A stretch of 64,000 nt of DNA from a virus. Both the position numbers and the translations under genes were made by a program. The stretch is taken from IMG/VR virus record IMGVR_UViG_3300028833_000146, positions 9,322 to 73,321 of that record. One strand, written 5' to 3'. Within the stretch, counting starts at the first letter, position 1; every line of letters begins with the position of its first letter. The notes beneath the pieces were generated by a model. The model made no database searches, was not told where the DNA came from, and saw nothing but the letters and a program-made list of their open reading frames with translations. Below, piece after piece: positions 18,741-28,395 of the stretch.

Positions 18741-18942
18741 ATTTATTATCGGCGTCTACCATAGCATTCATTGCCTCGGTCATAGAACATTCTTCAAGAA
18801 GTTTTCTGCTCATCTCCTCAGTTTCAGCGCATATAAACATGTAGCCTATATCATACAAAATCTTTGAAGCATACTGATCTCTTTCGTCAGTACTTTTTTC
18901 AAGCATTTTCGAATAATTAATTATTTTTTGTCCGACATACAT
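18706..18942 (-). CDS. Hypothetical protein
   Basis: AAAGGAGAAAGG RBS. Confidence 0.5.
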   Translation of the reverse strand: MYVGQKIINYSKMLEKSTDERDQYASKILYDIGYMFICAETEEMSRKLLEECSMTEAMNAMVDADNKYEANNELYFPS

Positions 18943-18957
18943 TCGCCTTTCTCCTTT

Positions 18958-19284
18958 TCACTTAATAGCTCTGTTCTTCTCAGTACGCTTTCGAATCCTC
19001 TCAACATCTTTCTTAATAATATTTGTATCGGTTTTAGTTTCGTTTAATACTTCAAGTCTCTTAGTTATAAACATCAGCATATTTTTCTCATAACTCTGTC
19101 CCTCTTCAATACAGCATAGTTTTCTATGGCATTCGCAAAGCCAGTCATTAGCTATAATAACTTTTGCGGAAATCTCTTCAAGAGTTGACCGAATATCCAT
19201 TAAGCATAGGAGACTTGCAAGTGCACTTACCGCAGTTAACACAACTCCAACTATAAACACAATCATAACTTTCTCAACGTCCAT
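18958..19284 (-). CDS. Membrane protein
   Basis: AGGAGA RBS; N-terminal TM helix. Confidence 0.5.
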   Translation of the reverse strand: MDVEKVMIVFIVGVVLTAVSALASLLCLMDIRSTLEEISAKVIIANDWLCECHRKLCCIEEGQSYEKNMLMFITKRLEVLNETKTDTNIIKKDVERIRKRTEKNRAIK

Positions 19285-19294
19285 ATTCTATCTC

Positions 19295-19438
19295 CTATCT
19301 CTTCATAGATTTTATAAGGTAGACTATCTCCTCAACGTTGTCCAGGATAAGATGAAGGGTAACAGTCTTTATGGTTGAAAGCACAACAATAATAGTCATA
19401 AGTGTTATAACCAAGTACACAAAAGTATTAGCATCCAT
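19295..19438 (-). CDS. Small membrane protein (47 aa), not in ORF track
   Basis: GGAGGGAATA RBS then ATG 19438; translation MDANTFVYLVITLMTIIVVLSTIK... Confidence 0.4.
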   Translation of the reverse strand: MDANTFVYLVITLMTIIVVLSTIKTVTLHLILDNVEEIVYLIKSMKR

Positions 19439-19448
19439 TATTCCCTCC

Positions 19449-19640
19449 TCACTTTCCAATCAAATATAACGACATAGCAACCATAAGCGACAGAATTGCA
19501 TACAGCTGCTTCGTAATCTCCACCTGGAATGTATTCTCTCGTCTAATCACCATAAGCTCTATGGCATCGATTGCAAATATCACTGCGAATCCGATCATAG
19601 CAATAAGTCTTGCTGCGTCTAAAACTGAAAGTATTGTCAT
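19449..19640 (-). CDS. Small membrane protein
   Basis: ATGA overlap with the upstream gene; two TM helices. Confidence 0.45.
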   Translation of the reverse strand: MTILSVLDAARLIAMIGFAVIFAIDAIELMVIRRENTFQVEITKQLYAILSLMVAMSLYLIGK

Positions 19641-19807
19641 TTATAATCTCCTTTCTCCTTCTTATTTTGACATTTCTTAGGGAAAGAACGGATAAAACCT
19701 TGCTTCTTAACACACCAATAATTACTTACCGTGAGTTCCCCTAACTTGTTTTTATTCCTATAATACTTTGTAAAGTATATGCACCCTTTGCAGTCACGGA
19801 TATTCAT
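19637..19807 (-). CDS. Cys-rich small protein
   Basis: ATG 19807 after GAAGGAGGAAAC (track start 19840 would translate the RBS). Confidence 0.5.
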   Translation of the reverse strand: MNIRDCKGCIYFTKYYRNKNKLGELTVSNYWCVKKQGFIRSFPKKCQNKKEKGDYK

Positions 19808-19986
19808 GTTTCCTCCTTCGGTGGTTCTGTGCAACAGCAAGTCAGCAATTTTAGTTCAATCAGTTCCTTGCTCAGTTTCTCAATGGCATCGGCGGCTTGC
19901 ACAATTAAGTTTGCGGCCTCTTTGAACTGCGCCGCCTTTAGCATTTCTTCGACTTCTCTTAGATGCTTTACCAGTTCGTCATACAT
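19804..19986 (-). CDS. Hypothetical coiled-coil protein
   Basis: 60-aa ORF; ATGA coupling with the downstream gene. Confidence 0.4.
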   Translation of the reverse strand: MYDELVKHLREVEEMLKAAQFKEAANLIVQAADAIEKLSKELIELKLLTCCCTEPPKEET

Positions 19987-20018
19987 CAGCTTCTACCACC
20001 CTCCATTAACTTTAGCCT

Positions 20019-20258
20019 TCATATCTTTTCTCCTTTCAAATTCCAACTCTCTTTGACCCACTGTTCTCTACAAGCGTTACAGTCCTCGTCATAACAACAG
20101 AAACCGGGATTGTATCCAGGAGGACAAGGTATTTCTGAAACCTTATACGTATTTGAATCTGTTATCACGTATCTACTGTCATCGAGTTTGATCCCTAACA
20201 ATTTGGCGATTTCCTCTAGAGATCCTTCAACAACAGCACCATTAATGTAAGCAGTCAT
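20019..20258 (-). CDS. KVNG-family small Cys-rich protein (paralogue a)
   Basis: N-terminus AYINGAVVEGSLEEIAKLLGIK; C-terminus CPPGYNPGFCCYDEDCNACREQW. Confidence 0.5.
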   Translation of the reverse strand: MTAYINGAVVEGSLEEIAKLLGIKLDDSRYVITDSNTYKVSEIPCPPGYNPGFCCYDEDCNACREQWVKESWNLKGEKI

Positions 20259-20536
20259 TCATTCTCTCCCTCCAATTCCTTTTTAGCTTCATCTATGAAA
20301 TTTTTCATTAAAATAACCGATTTAAATACAAGTCCGTCTGGAGAAAACTCACTATGTTTGAAATCGTCTTCGGTTAGAACATAGTCCATCAAAATATAAT
20401 CCTTGGGTTCTTTTGCATTTTCATCCACAATTCTAATGATGAGAGATTTTTTCGAACAGCCTTCAAGACTGTCAAAGCATATGCTATAGCCGGAATTCAC
20501 CAGATTAAATATCTTGTTCAGTAATGTATTTTCCAT
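20255..20536 (-). CDS. Hypothetical protein
   Basis: 93-aa ORF. Confidence 0.45.
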   Translation of the reverse strand: MENTLLNKIFNLVNSGYSICFDSLEGCSKKSLIIRIVDENAKEPKDYILMDYVLTEDDFKHSEFSPDGLVFKSVILMKNFIDEAKKELEGENE

Positions 20537-20548
20537 TTAAATATCTCT

Positions 20549-20740
20549 TTAAAAACAAGTAAAATCCATTCCGCCTAATGTACAATGGCAAGGTCCTTTT
20601 CCATAGTTAGGACAGTTCTTGCATGGATCTGGAATAAAATCATAGTCAATTACCCGCACCGGACTTAACTGGATTCCAAGGATTCTCGCAATTTCTTCCG
20701 GTGTTCCTTCGACCTCTGTTCCATTAACCTTTGCTTTCAT
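20549..20740 (-). CDS. KVNG-family small Cys-rich protein (paralogue b)
   Basis: ATG 20740 after AGGAGC; MKAKVNGTEVEGTPEEIARILGIQ...CKNCPNYGKGPCHC. Confidence 0.5.
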   Translation of the reverse strand: MKAKVNGTEVEGTPEEIARILGIQLSPVRVIDYDFIPDPCKNCPNYGKGPCHCTLGGMDFTCF

Positions 20741-20756
20741 GTTCGCTCCTTCCTTT

Positions 20757-20969
20757 TCATAAACAGCGTTGTGGATTGCAACCCTCACCTTGATGAGGAC
20801 AACCCTTGCAAATGTCCAGCTCATCATTAGGTTTCTTATTTTTCTGTTCATGTTTGACCAAAAAATCATCGTAGTCAATCACCGGTCCATGATTGTATTT
20901 AACTTCAAGAAACTTAGCTATTTCCTCAGGAGTTCCCTCAAACTCAATACCATTAACGTTTGCTTTCAT
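20757..20969 (-). CDS. KVNG-family small Cys-rich protein (paralogue c)
   Basis: ATG 20969 after GGAGGAAGAG; MKANVNGIEFEGTPEEIAKFLEVK...CKGCPHQGEGC. Confidence 0.5.
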   Translation of the reverse strand: MKANVNGIEFEGTPEEIAKFLEVKYNHGPVIDYDDFLVKHEQKNKKPNDELDICKGCPHQGEGCNPQRCL

Positions 20970-21336
20970 TCTCTTCCTCCAATTTCTTGCGCATTTCATC
21001 TAGTATTTCGCATACAGCTTGTTCTGGGTCAACTGTGTAATTTATAAAATACTCCTGACTCGTAGCTCTGTTGATCGCTTTATTAAGAGAATTCTTCAAT
21101 AGTTGAATTTTTAAAATCTGGTATCCGAATCTACCGCCGTTGTTGAAAGACACGGTATAACCTTTACCGATTAGTTCAAATATCTTAGAAAACAAGTCGG
21201 CTTCTTCCCTCTTCATTTCGTTGTCTTTGTAACCTTCCCAACACTTCTCACAATTCATATCATAATCAGCACAAAACCCGCCATTGTATCCAGGTGGGCA
21301 GAAAGGATCTTCATTCATATTTTCACCCCTCCTCAT
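20953..21336 (-). CDS. Hypothetical protein sharing the CPPGYNGGFC module with paralogue a
   Basis: DPFCPPGYNGGFCADYDMNCEKCW near the N-terminus. Confidence 0.45.
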   Translation of the reverse strand: MRRGENMNEDPFCPPGYNGGFCADYDMNCEKCWEGYKDNEMKREEADLFSKIFELIGKGYTVSFNNGGRFGYQILKIQLLKNSLNKAINRATSQEYFINYTVDPEQAVCEILDEMRKKLEEENESKR

Positions 21337-21650
21337 AACCTTTCCTCTATAAACTTAATTGTCGATGAATCAGATGTTATAGTAAACGGATAATAGCTCC
21401 AAATATGAACTATTCCACTCGGGTAATCACAATCCATACGAAAATTTCCGCCTTTAAGTTCTACATCATCGCAATATCCGCCAAACCTTACTAGTTTCTT
21501 GTCCTCATCTTTGAAACTAGCAACGAAGTCCATACACTCCCAACCACTTTCATGTTTTTTACGATTAGGAATAACCCAGACTCCGATAACACCATGAAGA
21601 ACCTCATCCCATTCGCGTTTTGGTGTAGCGAGTAATTCTTTTCTTGTCAT
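21333..21650 (-). CDS. Hypothetical protein
   Basis: 105-aa ORF; ATGA coupling. Confidence 0.45.
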   Translation of the reverse strand: MTRKELLATPKREWDEVLHGVIGVWVIPNRKKHESGWECMDFVASFKDEDKKLVRFGGYCDDVELKGGNFRMDCDYPSGIVHIWSYYPFTITSDSSTIKFIEERL

Positions 21651-22082
21651 TCAAGCACCCTCCTCCACCAATTCGAATGTGAATCCTTTTACCCTTCGTT
21701 TTTCGCCACCGTATTTAGGCATATAAATAGCTTTGTAAATGTTTGAATTCTGCTCGTATGGAATTCCCAATGCTTCACAAACCGATCTATAGCCATAGAA
21801 TATCTCTCCAGTTTCTATGACACGAATCCTAGTTCTACAACTATCAGGAAACCCTTCAAATGCTTTTAAATATAACGATAATACTCCTCGCTTCACATGA
21901 CCTCGACCAGTGCTAAGTGTGACAGCTCCATAACGATCACGTTTTTTGATCCGCCCGGTCTTGTTATTCTTGACCCTCTGCTTGTTACTGACAGAATATA
22001 ATGGAAACTCAGAAATTATTCGCCACTGTTCTCTAGGTTCTGAAGTCTTCCAGATAGATTTAGGCAGTTTAAATTTGTCCAC
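21651..22082 (-). CDS. NUMOD4-motif protein (homing-endonuclease-associated DNA-binding module, no nuclease domain seen)
   Basis: EQWRIISEFPLYSVSNKQRVKNNKTGRIKK matches the NUMOD4 signature (..YEVSN.GRVRS..). Confidence 0.45.
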   Translation of the reverse strand: MDKFKLPKSIWKTSEPREQWRIISEFPLYSVSNKQRVKNNKTGRIKKRDRYGAVTLSTGRGHVKRGVLSLYLKAFEGFPDSCRTRIRVIETGEIFYGYRSVCEALGIPYEQNSNIYKAIYMPKYGGEKRRVKGFTFELVEEGA

Positions 22083-22264
22083 TCAGATCAATCCTCTCTA
22101 ATCGTCCTCTCCGTAAAGAATCTTTTGAATATCTTCTAGCTCGCGTTCAATTACGCTACAACTATCATCACTTAATGGTCTTTTATTCCTTAGACGCAAA
22201 AGAGCATTGTTAACACTTGATCTCATGTCCTCCAGATCATCCGTAGTAAATATCACTACCTGTT

Positions 22265-22456
22265 TCATAAGACCTCCTTCAATTTACACCACTCAGGTTT
22301 ACCGACATCAAACTCCGCATAGTGATAACGATCTACACATCCGTTAGAATATAAATTGCAACCTCTATAGGTTTCATCGCCAAATGGACACTCCGAGCAT
22401 TTAGTAATCTCATTGCTCACTTCGAACATATATTTGTACTTAGTGTACTCAGCCAA
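22265..22456 (-). CDS. Cys-rich small protein
   Basis: CSECPFG...C..C. Confidence 0.45.
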   Translation of the reverse strand: MAEYTKYKYMFEVSNEITKCSECPFGDETYRGCNLYSNGCVDRYHYAEFDVGKPEWCKLKEVL

Positions 22457-22639
22457 TTAAATCAATCCTTTCTGGATCAAAATATAAAGCGCCATGCCGG
22501 TGAATAGTGAACTCATAACTACATTTATAAGCGCTGAAATACCCTCATCCACATCATCTCCAGCAATAGTAGAAAACAAATAGCTAGCTACCACCACTGC
22601 AAATATAATTACTCCAACAGCAATCCGTCCTAGAATCAA
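22457..22639 (-). CDS. Small membrane protein
   Basis: two TM helices. Confidence 0.4.
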   Translation of the reverse strand: MILGRIAVGVIIFAVVVASYLFSTIAGDDVDEGISALINVVMSSLFTGMALYILIQKGLI

Positions 22640-22851
22640 TAGAAATCCTCCTCATAGTATCTCGTAAACAGCCAAAATTTCTTCCTTTCATATTCCAGTT
22701 TCTTACCAAGCATAGTTTCTAACTCCGTAACAAGCTGCTCGAATGCCACATCACAATTCTGTACACCAGGAGTTTCGATTTCGTATTGATCTAGCATTTC
22801 TTTAAAATTAGCGAAGACGGTCCTCAGCATTTCGAAACTCTGTTCAGTCAT
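22636..22851 (-). CDS. Hypothetical protein
   Basis: 71-aa ORF. Confidence 0.45.
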   Translation of the reverse strand: MTEQSFEMLRTVFANFKEMLDQYEIETPGVQNCDVAFEQLVTELETMLGKKLEYERKKFWLFTRYYEEDFY

Positions 22852-23085
22852 TTCTCCTCATCCTCCTATCAAAGAACCAACCTTCCCAATAGCCGAAAAT
22901 ATATCGTGCGTAGGCAAGTGTCACCTCTTCGTAACGTCTCAAAAGTTCTCTTAAAATATAAAGCCAGCGACGTGCGCCTCTTAGTAGCATTACGTAATTT
23001 TTTGGATTAAGCGTCTCACTATAATTGAACTAAAGATCTACGGCTATTACTCTTTTGACCTTATCAGCGAAAGGCTCATAAAATA

Positions 23086-23421
23086 TCAAAGTGCCTCGAG
23101 CTCCTTCTCCACATTAGCCAAGTTGCTTTCCACATCACTTTTAGTCGTTTCAAGTAAGATCCTCACAGCTTCTCTCGGAACAGGTAATTCTTCATATGCC
23201 ATCTCCTCATAACGCTTATCAAAATATAAAAATGACATTTTATAGAATGGGTCCGTAATATAGCCGTTGTCCCATTCATCCTTGGATCTAATTTTTTCTG
23301 TACACTTGATAGCCTTTTTATCCCAGTTGTCGAGAAGCAGCTGAATATCTTCAAGTATGCTTTTCAGTTTCTCAATTTCTTTTACTAAGTTGCTGGCTTT
23401 ATAGAAATTGTCAGTTGTCAT
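23086..23421 (-). CDS. Hypothetical coiled-coil protein
   Basis: 111-aa ORF. Confidence 0.45.
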   Translation of the reverse strand: MTTDNFYKASNLVKEIEKLKSILEDIQLLLDNWDKKAIKCTEKIRSKDEWDNGYITDPFYKMSFLYFDKRYEEMAYEELPVPREAVRILLETTKSDVESNLANVEKELEAL

Positions 23422-23427
23422 TTCAAG

Positions 23428-23775
23428 TTACCATTCTTTCTCACCATAGATGCATACTTTTGTGATTAAGTATCCACATACTTCAGTTGGTTTGTTATAG
23501 ATCATATCATATTCCAGATCAATCCTATACTCGTTTTCATCCACAATAACACCGTCTATACCAACGATTACGGTGTTCCAAGAATTATCAGCGAGACCTT
23601 TGTATACATTCACAAGATGCCTATCCACTTTACTTACACTATTTAAGTAGCGAAGCAAATGTTCTTTCGTGTCATTATAAAGATACTCTGTGCTCTTAGC
23701 CGTTAGAAACTCCATAAGATCATCATATTGTGTCTGTTTCTGGAATTCTTCAGTCATTTCCTCGCACATCCCCAT
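23428..23775 (-). CDS. Hypothetical protein
   Basis: 115-aa ORF. Confidence 0.45.
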   Translation of the reverse strand: MGMCEEMTEEFQKQTQYDDLMEFLTAKSTEYLYNDTKEHLLRYLNSVSKVDRHLVNVYKGLADNSWNTVIVGIDGVIVDENEYRIDLEYDMIYNKPTEVCGYLITKVCIYGEKEW

Positions 23776-24005
23776 TCCAGCTCCTTAAAAGCTTCAAATG
23801 CCTCATAAGCCTTCGAAGCTTCATCGAATAACGAATTGTACTTTTCGCGAAGCGGCATATCTTCTCCTAGTCGTGCTTTTGGATCGGCCATTATCTCAGC
23901 GTGCTTTTTCTCGTATGCGTCCCATGCTTCTTGCTGTTGCAAGTGTAGTTCCTGCGATTTTGCTTCAAGGATATGATATGTAGTCATCAACTCTTCAGCT
24001 GTCAT
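23754..24005 (-). CDS. Hypothetical protein
   Basis: 83-aa ORF. Confidence 0.45.
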   Translation of the reverse strand: MTAEELMTTYHILEAKSQELHLQQQEAWDAYEKKHAEIMADPKARLGEDMPLREKYNSLFDEASKAYEAFEAFKELEWGCARK

Positions 24006-24014
24006 ACTCTCTCC

Positions 24015-24437
24015 TTACAATCCAAGCTCTTCACTAAGTTTTTTAGATCTATAGTCTTTAATAATCTTCTTAGCATGTTCCTCGTCTCTAGCTGTGCAAT
24101 AGCCATTAAAATATAATTCATACAGTGTTTCGCGATAATATGACCCTCTTAAGAATTCGCCATAAGTTTGATAATTAGTTTTGTCTGTGTAATGATCGAC
24201 ACTAACCGATTTAATTTGTCCTTTGTTATCGACAATAACTTTGTAAACAGGATACAGCTCAGCTCGTTCTTCTGGAATATCAGCATCAAGAATGTACTCG
24301 GTTATGTACACAGGATCATCAACGGATCCGTATTTCCGTTCCATCCATTCTGCTTTCTCTTTATCCATCGTTACGGCCATAATATAACGATCGGAATACT
24401 CTCCATTTTCAATAACATATACGGTTTTATTGTTCAT
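24015..24437 (-). CDS. Hypothetical protein
   Basis: ATG 24437 with GGAG RBS (MNNKTVYVIENGEY...). Confidence 0.45.
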   Translation of the reverse strand: MNNKTVYVIENGEYSDRYIMAVTMDKEKAEWMERKYGSVDDPVYITEYILDADIPEERAELYPVYKVIVDNKGQIKSVSVDHYTDKTNYQTYGEFLRGSYYRETLYELYFNGYCTARDEEHAKKIIKDYRSKKLSEELGL

Positions 24438-24877
24438 TCCTCTTCTAACTCCTCTAGATGTCGCTCGCACTTCTCGACCAACGCCTCATATGTCCTGCAC
24501 TGTGCGTCACATGTCTGCTTAGCTTTTGCTATTTTTTCACGAGTATCCTTAATCTGATTTTGCAAATATATCTTATTCACTTTTTTTAAATACTCGTCAG
24601 AAGTATCAGGACGATCCCAGAAGTACGATGAAGTTTCGAAATCACGCCGTTTTGCAAGAAATAGGTCGTCGAGTAAGGTTTCTGTATCATCCGGATCATG
24701 AACACTGGCAAAACAAAGCTGGACCAACTCGTCATTTCCAGGAACGATCACATAAATATAATGCTGATTCAAGTAAGCAACAGCACGCCTCTCGACACTG
24801 ATTCGTCCGTCCGGATAACATATGACTTCGTAAATACAGTTCTTTTTGCTTAGGAACTGTTTCTCAGGTATGCTCAT
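24434..24877 (-). CDS. Hypothetical protein
   Basis: 147-aa ORF; ATGA coupling. Confidence 0.45.
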   Translation of the reverse strand: MSIPEKQFLSKKNCIYEVICYPDGRISVERRAVAYLNQHYIYVIVPGNDELVQLCFASVHDPDDTETLLDDLFLAKRRDFETSSYFWDRPDTSDEYLKKVNKIYLQNQIKDTREKIAKAKQTCDAQCRTYEALVEKCERHLEELEEE

Positions 24878-24886
24878 TTCTCCTCC

Positions 24887-25195
24887 TCAAGTCTCACTAT
24901 TTTCATGCCTCAACTCAAAATATCCAGTGTTTCTGCTCCCGCTGTATTCATATAGATAGTTTTCTAGCGCCTTAATACAGCATTCTTTAGAACAGAGATC
25001 GAGTGATTCGACCGATTCGCAGCTGTCATTTCCCCAATCGTAATGACCTGTAGTAAGATGCCAATATTCATTATGCCTAGTACGTTTATTATCATTAATC
25101 TCGTAAATTGTCTTTCCGCAAATATCACAAGTGCAAAGTCCGTGCACAGTTACTTCCTGTTCGACGAGCCTCTTCTCAGTTATACGTTTTATCAT
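24887..25195 (-). CDS. Cys-rich zinc-binding protein
   Basis: CTCDICGK...C..CC. Confidence 0.45.
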   Translation of the reverse strand: MIKRITEKRLVEQEVTVHGLCTCDICGKTIYEINDNKRTRHNEYWHLTTGHYDWGNDSCESVESLDLCSKECCIKALENYLYEYSGSRNTGYFELRHENSET

Positions 25196-25479
25196 TCGAT
25201 AATCTCCTTTAACGTTTTATATGAATATCTTTCTATCTCGATTTCCAGTAACTTCATCCCATCAAGTTTTCTCTGCCATTCGTAGGTAGGGCCGCCATAG
25301 ATAGATCGAGCACTATGCAAATATCTTTCGAAACCATTGTCTTTTAGAAGTTTAATCTTCCGCTTCCATTTGATGTTTTGTACAACACCAATGGATAGAA
25401 GTATTGAGAACGCTATTGCAAAGAAACCAATGATTGCGGCTTCTCCGATTAACTTTAGCATAAAATACTTTTCAACCAT
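25192..25479 (-). CDS. Membrane protein
   Basis: N-terminal TM helix. Confidence 0.4.
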   Translation of the reverse strand: MVEKYFMLKLIGEAAIIGFFAIAFSILLSIGVVQNIKWKRKIKLLKDNGFERYLHSARSIYGGPTYEWQRKLDGMKLLEIEIERYSYKTLKEIIE

Positions 25480-25625
25480 TTAACTCCTCCCTCAATCTCC
25501 TTATCTCATCCGCTGCCTCATTCAATAGCTTTCCCATGCAGGCAATGCACTCTCCTTTTTGTGATCTACGAAGCCCATCGAGTTCACATTCGCCACAACA
25601 GGCATCATCACAAATTGCGATTTTC

Positions 25626-25883
25626 TCAAGAATATCCATTTAGTTCTCCTCCACAAAACGGGCAATGTGTAATAGCAATTTCCGTCGTTAGTATTGGAAC
25701 TCGAAACATACTTTCCGTTCCTTCAAGTGTTCCTCTTAAAGAACTTCCGTCAGCATCATTTATCAAATATAAACGTAGAGTTAGAGCTCCGTTGAACTTC
25801 TCACCACAATGGTTATACAGCCAATCGCTTTCAAGAAATAATTTTCCAGTTTCTTTTAGCCGAGAACAAATTTTGCAGCTCAC
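25626..25883 (-). CDS. Zinc-ribbon protein
   Basis: CKICS...HCPFCGG. Confidence 0.45.
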   Translation of the reverse strand: MSCKICSRLKETGKLFLESDWLYNHCGEKFNGALTLRLYLINDADGSSLRGTLEGTESMFRVPILTTEIAITHCPFCGGELNGYS

Positions 25884-26170
25884 TTCTTCTCTCCTTCGAC
25901 ATCCAGTAGTTTTATAATCTCTCCTACTTTGTTACTAAGATCGATGAATTCGTCATAAGAAAGGAAATCCCCAGCGCAGTCTCTGTACTGTTTCAGTGCT
26001 TTTATCATTAGGTACTTTTGCTCACCGGTAAATATCTTAGCTTCGTCACCTTTAAAAGTTTCTAGCTCCCTTATAGCATTGCCACAACCCTCAAAATTTT
26101 CATGAAGAACATCATTGAAATATTTAAAGACCGTCTTGATCACTTCATGGCGATTAACGTATAGAATCAT
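25880..26170 (-). CDS. Hypothetical protein
   Basis: 96-aa ORF. Confidence 0.45.
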   Translation of the reverse strand: MILYVNRHEVIKTVFKYFNDVLHENFEGCGNAIRELETFKGDEAKIFTGEQKYLMIKALKQYRDCAGDFLSYDEFIDLSNKVGEIIKLLDVEGEKK

Positions 26171-26336
26171 TTAAAATCTCTCTTTCTCCGGCATGTTCTA
26201 CAAATATAACCGTTATAATCTTTGTAAAGCATTGTATGAGAGTCTCCACAAACAAAGCAACAAACAACAGTTCCTTTACGCTTTCTCTGCTGCCTTAAAG
26301 ACATCGTAGACATACAACCGTATAAATATGATTCAT

Positions 26337-26693
26337 TTACTGGCATATCTCGTCCTCCTTTACCTCTCTAGCTTCTTCTAAATATCCATGGAACAGGTAT
26401 TCATCTGAATTTCTATAAATTTCAGTAATATCATCTATGAATTTGTAGAACTCTTCTTTCTTTTCGATCCATCCAGATCTAGGAGAAGTGCCATAATCTC
26501 CGAATAGCATTACTGATATCATCCAGAACATTTCAAGCCATTCTTTTAGCTGGCCGTCATACTTATAATAATCTGGCAAAATGTATCCAGTAGTCTCAGA
26601 AGGCTGGATTTTCTTCCATTCAAGAATATCTTCTGCAATCCCGTTGTACCAAACTACAGAGTCTAATGCATATATTAGTTGTTCCTTGGTCAT
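26337..26693 (-). CDS. Hypothetical protein (C-terminal GYLEEAR module)
   Basis: C-terminus ...YLFHGYLEEAREVKEDE shares a 22-nt exact DNA repeat with 28958-28980. Confidence 0.45.
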   Translation of the reverse strand: MTKEQLIYALDSVVWYNGIAEDILEWKKIQPSETTGYILPDYYKYDGQLKEWLEMFWMISVMLFGDYGTSPRSGWIEKKEEFYKFIDDITEIYRNSDEYLFHGYLEEAREVKEDEICQ

Positions 26694-26875
26694 TTTTCTT
26701 TACCCCATTTGTATTTATAAGACTCGCACCAAACATCCGATCCCCAAGCATGTCTCTTGTCACAATGAATGAATTTAGGAGGACCTGCAACAATCGTCAA
26801 ACCGAATTTGCATTTACTACAAGTGACATTTTCTTTATCAACACCATACTTTTCAGCAAGCTCTTTTCTATTCAT
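26690..26875 (-). CDS. Zinc-ribbon protein
   Basis: CSKCKF...HCDKRH...C. Confidence 0.45.
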   Translation of the reverse strand: MNRKELAEKYGVDKENVTCSKCKFGLTIVAGPPKFIHCDKRHAWGSDVWCESYKYKWGKEK

Positions 26876-28155
26876 TTCCCCTCACCTTTCATAATCCGGT
26901 TAAAGTACCGTCCTTCGTTGAATGTCTTCTTCTCAGCAATAGCTCTGCCAATAGCAATATCAATTGGCGCTTTTGACTTCAGATGGTAGTAATACAAATC
27001 CTTAAACGGTGTATTGAGTCGGTCAATTCGTCCCTCAGCCTGTTTCATCGTCTTATAGCTGTAGTTCTGGCTGTAAAATATAATTGTATCTGTCTTGATG
27101 CAATTCCAACCCTCACACAAATTGTACTGCACTAGAAAGCACCACTTTTCCCCACTTGGTATCTCCTGGTGTTTATGCCCATTCCACTCAGCCACTTCAA
27201 ACCCATAAGCTATATCCGTAAGAGTTTCCTTAATTACCTTGAGCTCATAGTCAAAGTTGTAAAATATAATTGCTTTTGGATGCTCATCAAGGATGTCCAG
27301 CAGCTCATACAATCGCGAAACGTCTTTATTAACCGATTTCCTCAGGCAGTAACACAAACTGGAAGCATTATCGAGTGGCTCGTCCTTCCAAGGATCCCAA
27401 CGTTTTTTCATAATTTGTTTGTAGATGTTCTTATCCCATTCGCAATTAATATCAATATGGTGAGCAGTGGTCGGTCTTTCGAAGTCCATGTCTACAAGGA
27501 CCCGCTCCCTTAACCTCTCGAGTCTCTTCGTGTTGAAATATCTATCAACTTTCCAATAAGTGCCCATCCGCTTGAAAGAAACATGCTCCCGGTTGAACTC
27601 ACTGCGGTTTTTATAAAAACCATTCGCCACAAATACAGGAATATAATCAGTCCATGTATCACCAGGCGTAGCGGACAGTAAGATCCACTGGTTCTTCTTA
27701 GTAATCTTCAGAAATGCTTTGACCCAAGCGCCGTTCCCAACAACTCGCTGCTCGTCAAATATAAAGAACGCGCCTTCGATGTCAGAGTATTTATGGATGT
27801 TGTTCCATGAGTCGATCACCACTTTTAGATCAACGTATGGTTCCTTGCCACCACTATCTGCCTCTTTCTGCTTTTTTCCCTCACTAGTCGCAGAATATAA
27901 AAGAAACGGAATGCATTCTTTCTCCCATTCGAATGTATCCCGCTTCCTCGCAGTTGTTATTATGTATAAATCAATCGGATGAGTCATAAGTTCGAACTTC
28001 GGTCTTATTCTCCCTCCGCCCACTACACAGTGGTAATAAGCCAAAGCCGTTCTCGACTTTCCGGATCCGACCCCGCCACAGAGAATGCAGCCATTATGCA
28101 TGTTTTTTAGCGCTTCTCTCTGATGGTCATACAGGTTAATTGGCAATTTGCTCAC
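26872..28155 (-). CDS. SF2 (DEAD/DEAH-like) helicase
   Basis: GTG start; LYDHQREAL, Walker A GGVGSGKSRTAL, motif II FIFDEQ, motif III LLSATPG, motif VI QAEGRIDR. Confidence 0.8.
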   Translation of the reverse strand: MSKLPINLYDHQREALKNMHNGCILCGGVGSGKSRTALAYYHCVVGGGRIRPKFELMTHPIDLYIITTARKRDTFEWEKECIPFLLYSATSEGKKQKEADSGGKEPYVDLKVVIDSWNNIHKYSDIEGAFFIFDEQRVVGNGAWVKAFLKITKKNQWILLSATPGDTWTDYIPVFVANGFYKNRSEFNREHVSFKRMGTYWKVDRYFNTKRLERLRERVLVDMDFERPTTAHHIDINCEWDKNIYKQIMKKRWDPWKDEPLDNASSLCYCLRKSVNKDVSRLYELLDILDEHPKAIIFYNFDYELKVIKETLTDIAYGFEVAEWNGHKHQEIPSGEKWCFLVQYNLCEGWNCIKTDTIIFYSQNYSYKTMKQAEGRIDRLNTPFKDLYYYHLKSKAPIDIAIGRAIAEKKTFNEGRYFNRIMKGEGK

Positions 28156-28164
28156 ACCTTTGTT

Positions 28165-28395
28165 TTAAATATCATCCTTAGCATCTGTTAGTGGATACGT
28201 AACACCGGCTCGTTCGTAGTCACAGCAGTCATACGCATAATCAGTATCGAGGTAGTCATAGCCCCATGTGCAATCTTGTCTTTTGTAATGATCACAGCGC
28301 TTGCAATTTGATATGTTGTCTTCCATTTCTATTTTCATTTTACTCAATCCATCCAATAACGCTTCCATCCGGTCTCTTAAAACCATAAGTATCAA
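28165..28395 (-). CDS. Cys-rich acidic small protein
   Basis: CKRCDHYKRQDC...CCDYERAG. Confidence 0.4.
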   Translation of the reverse strand: MILMVLRDRMEALLDGLSKMKIEMEDNISNCKRCDHYKRQDCTWGYDYLDTDYAYDCCDYERAGVTYPLTDAKDDI

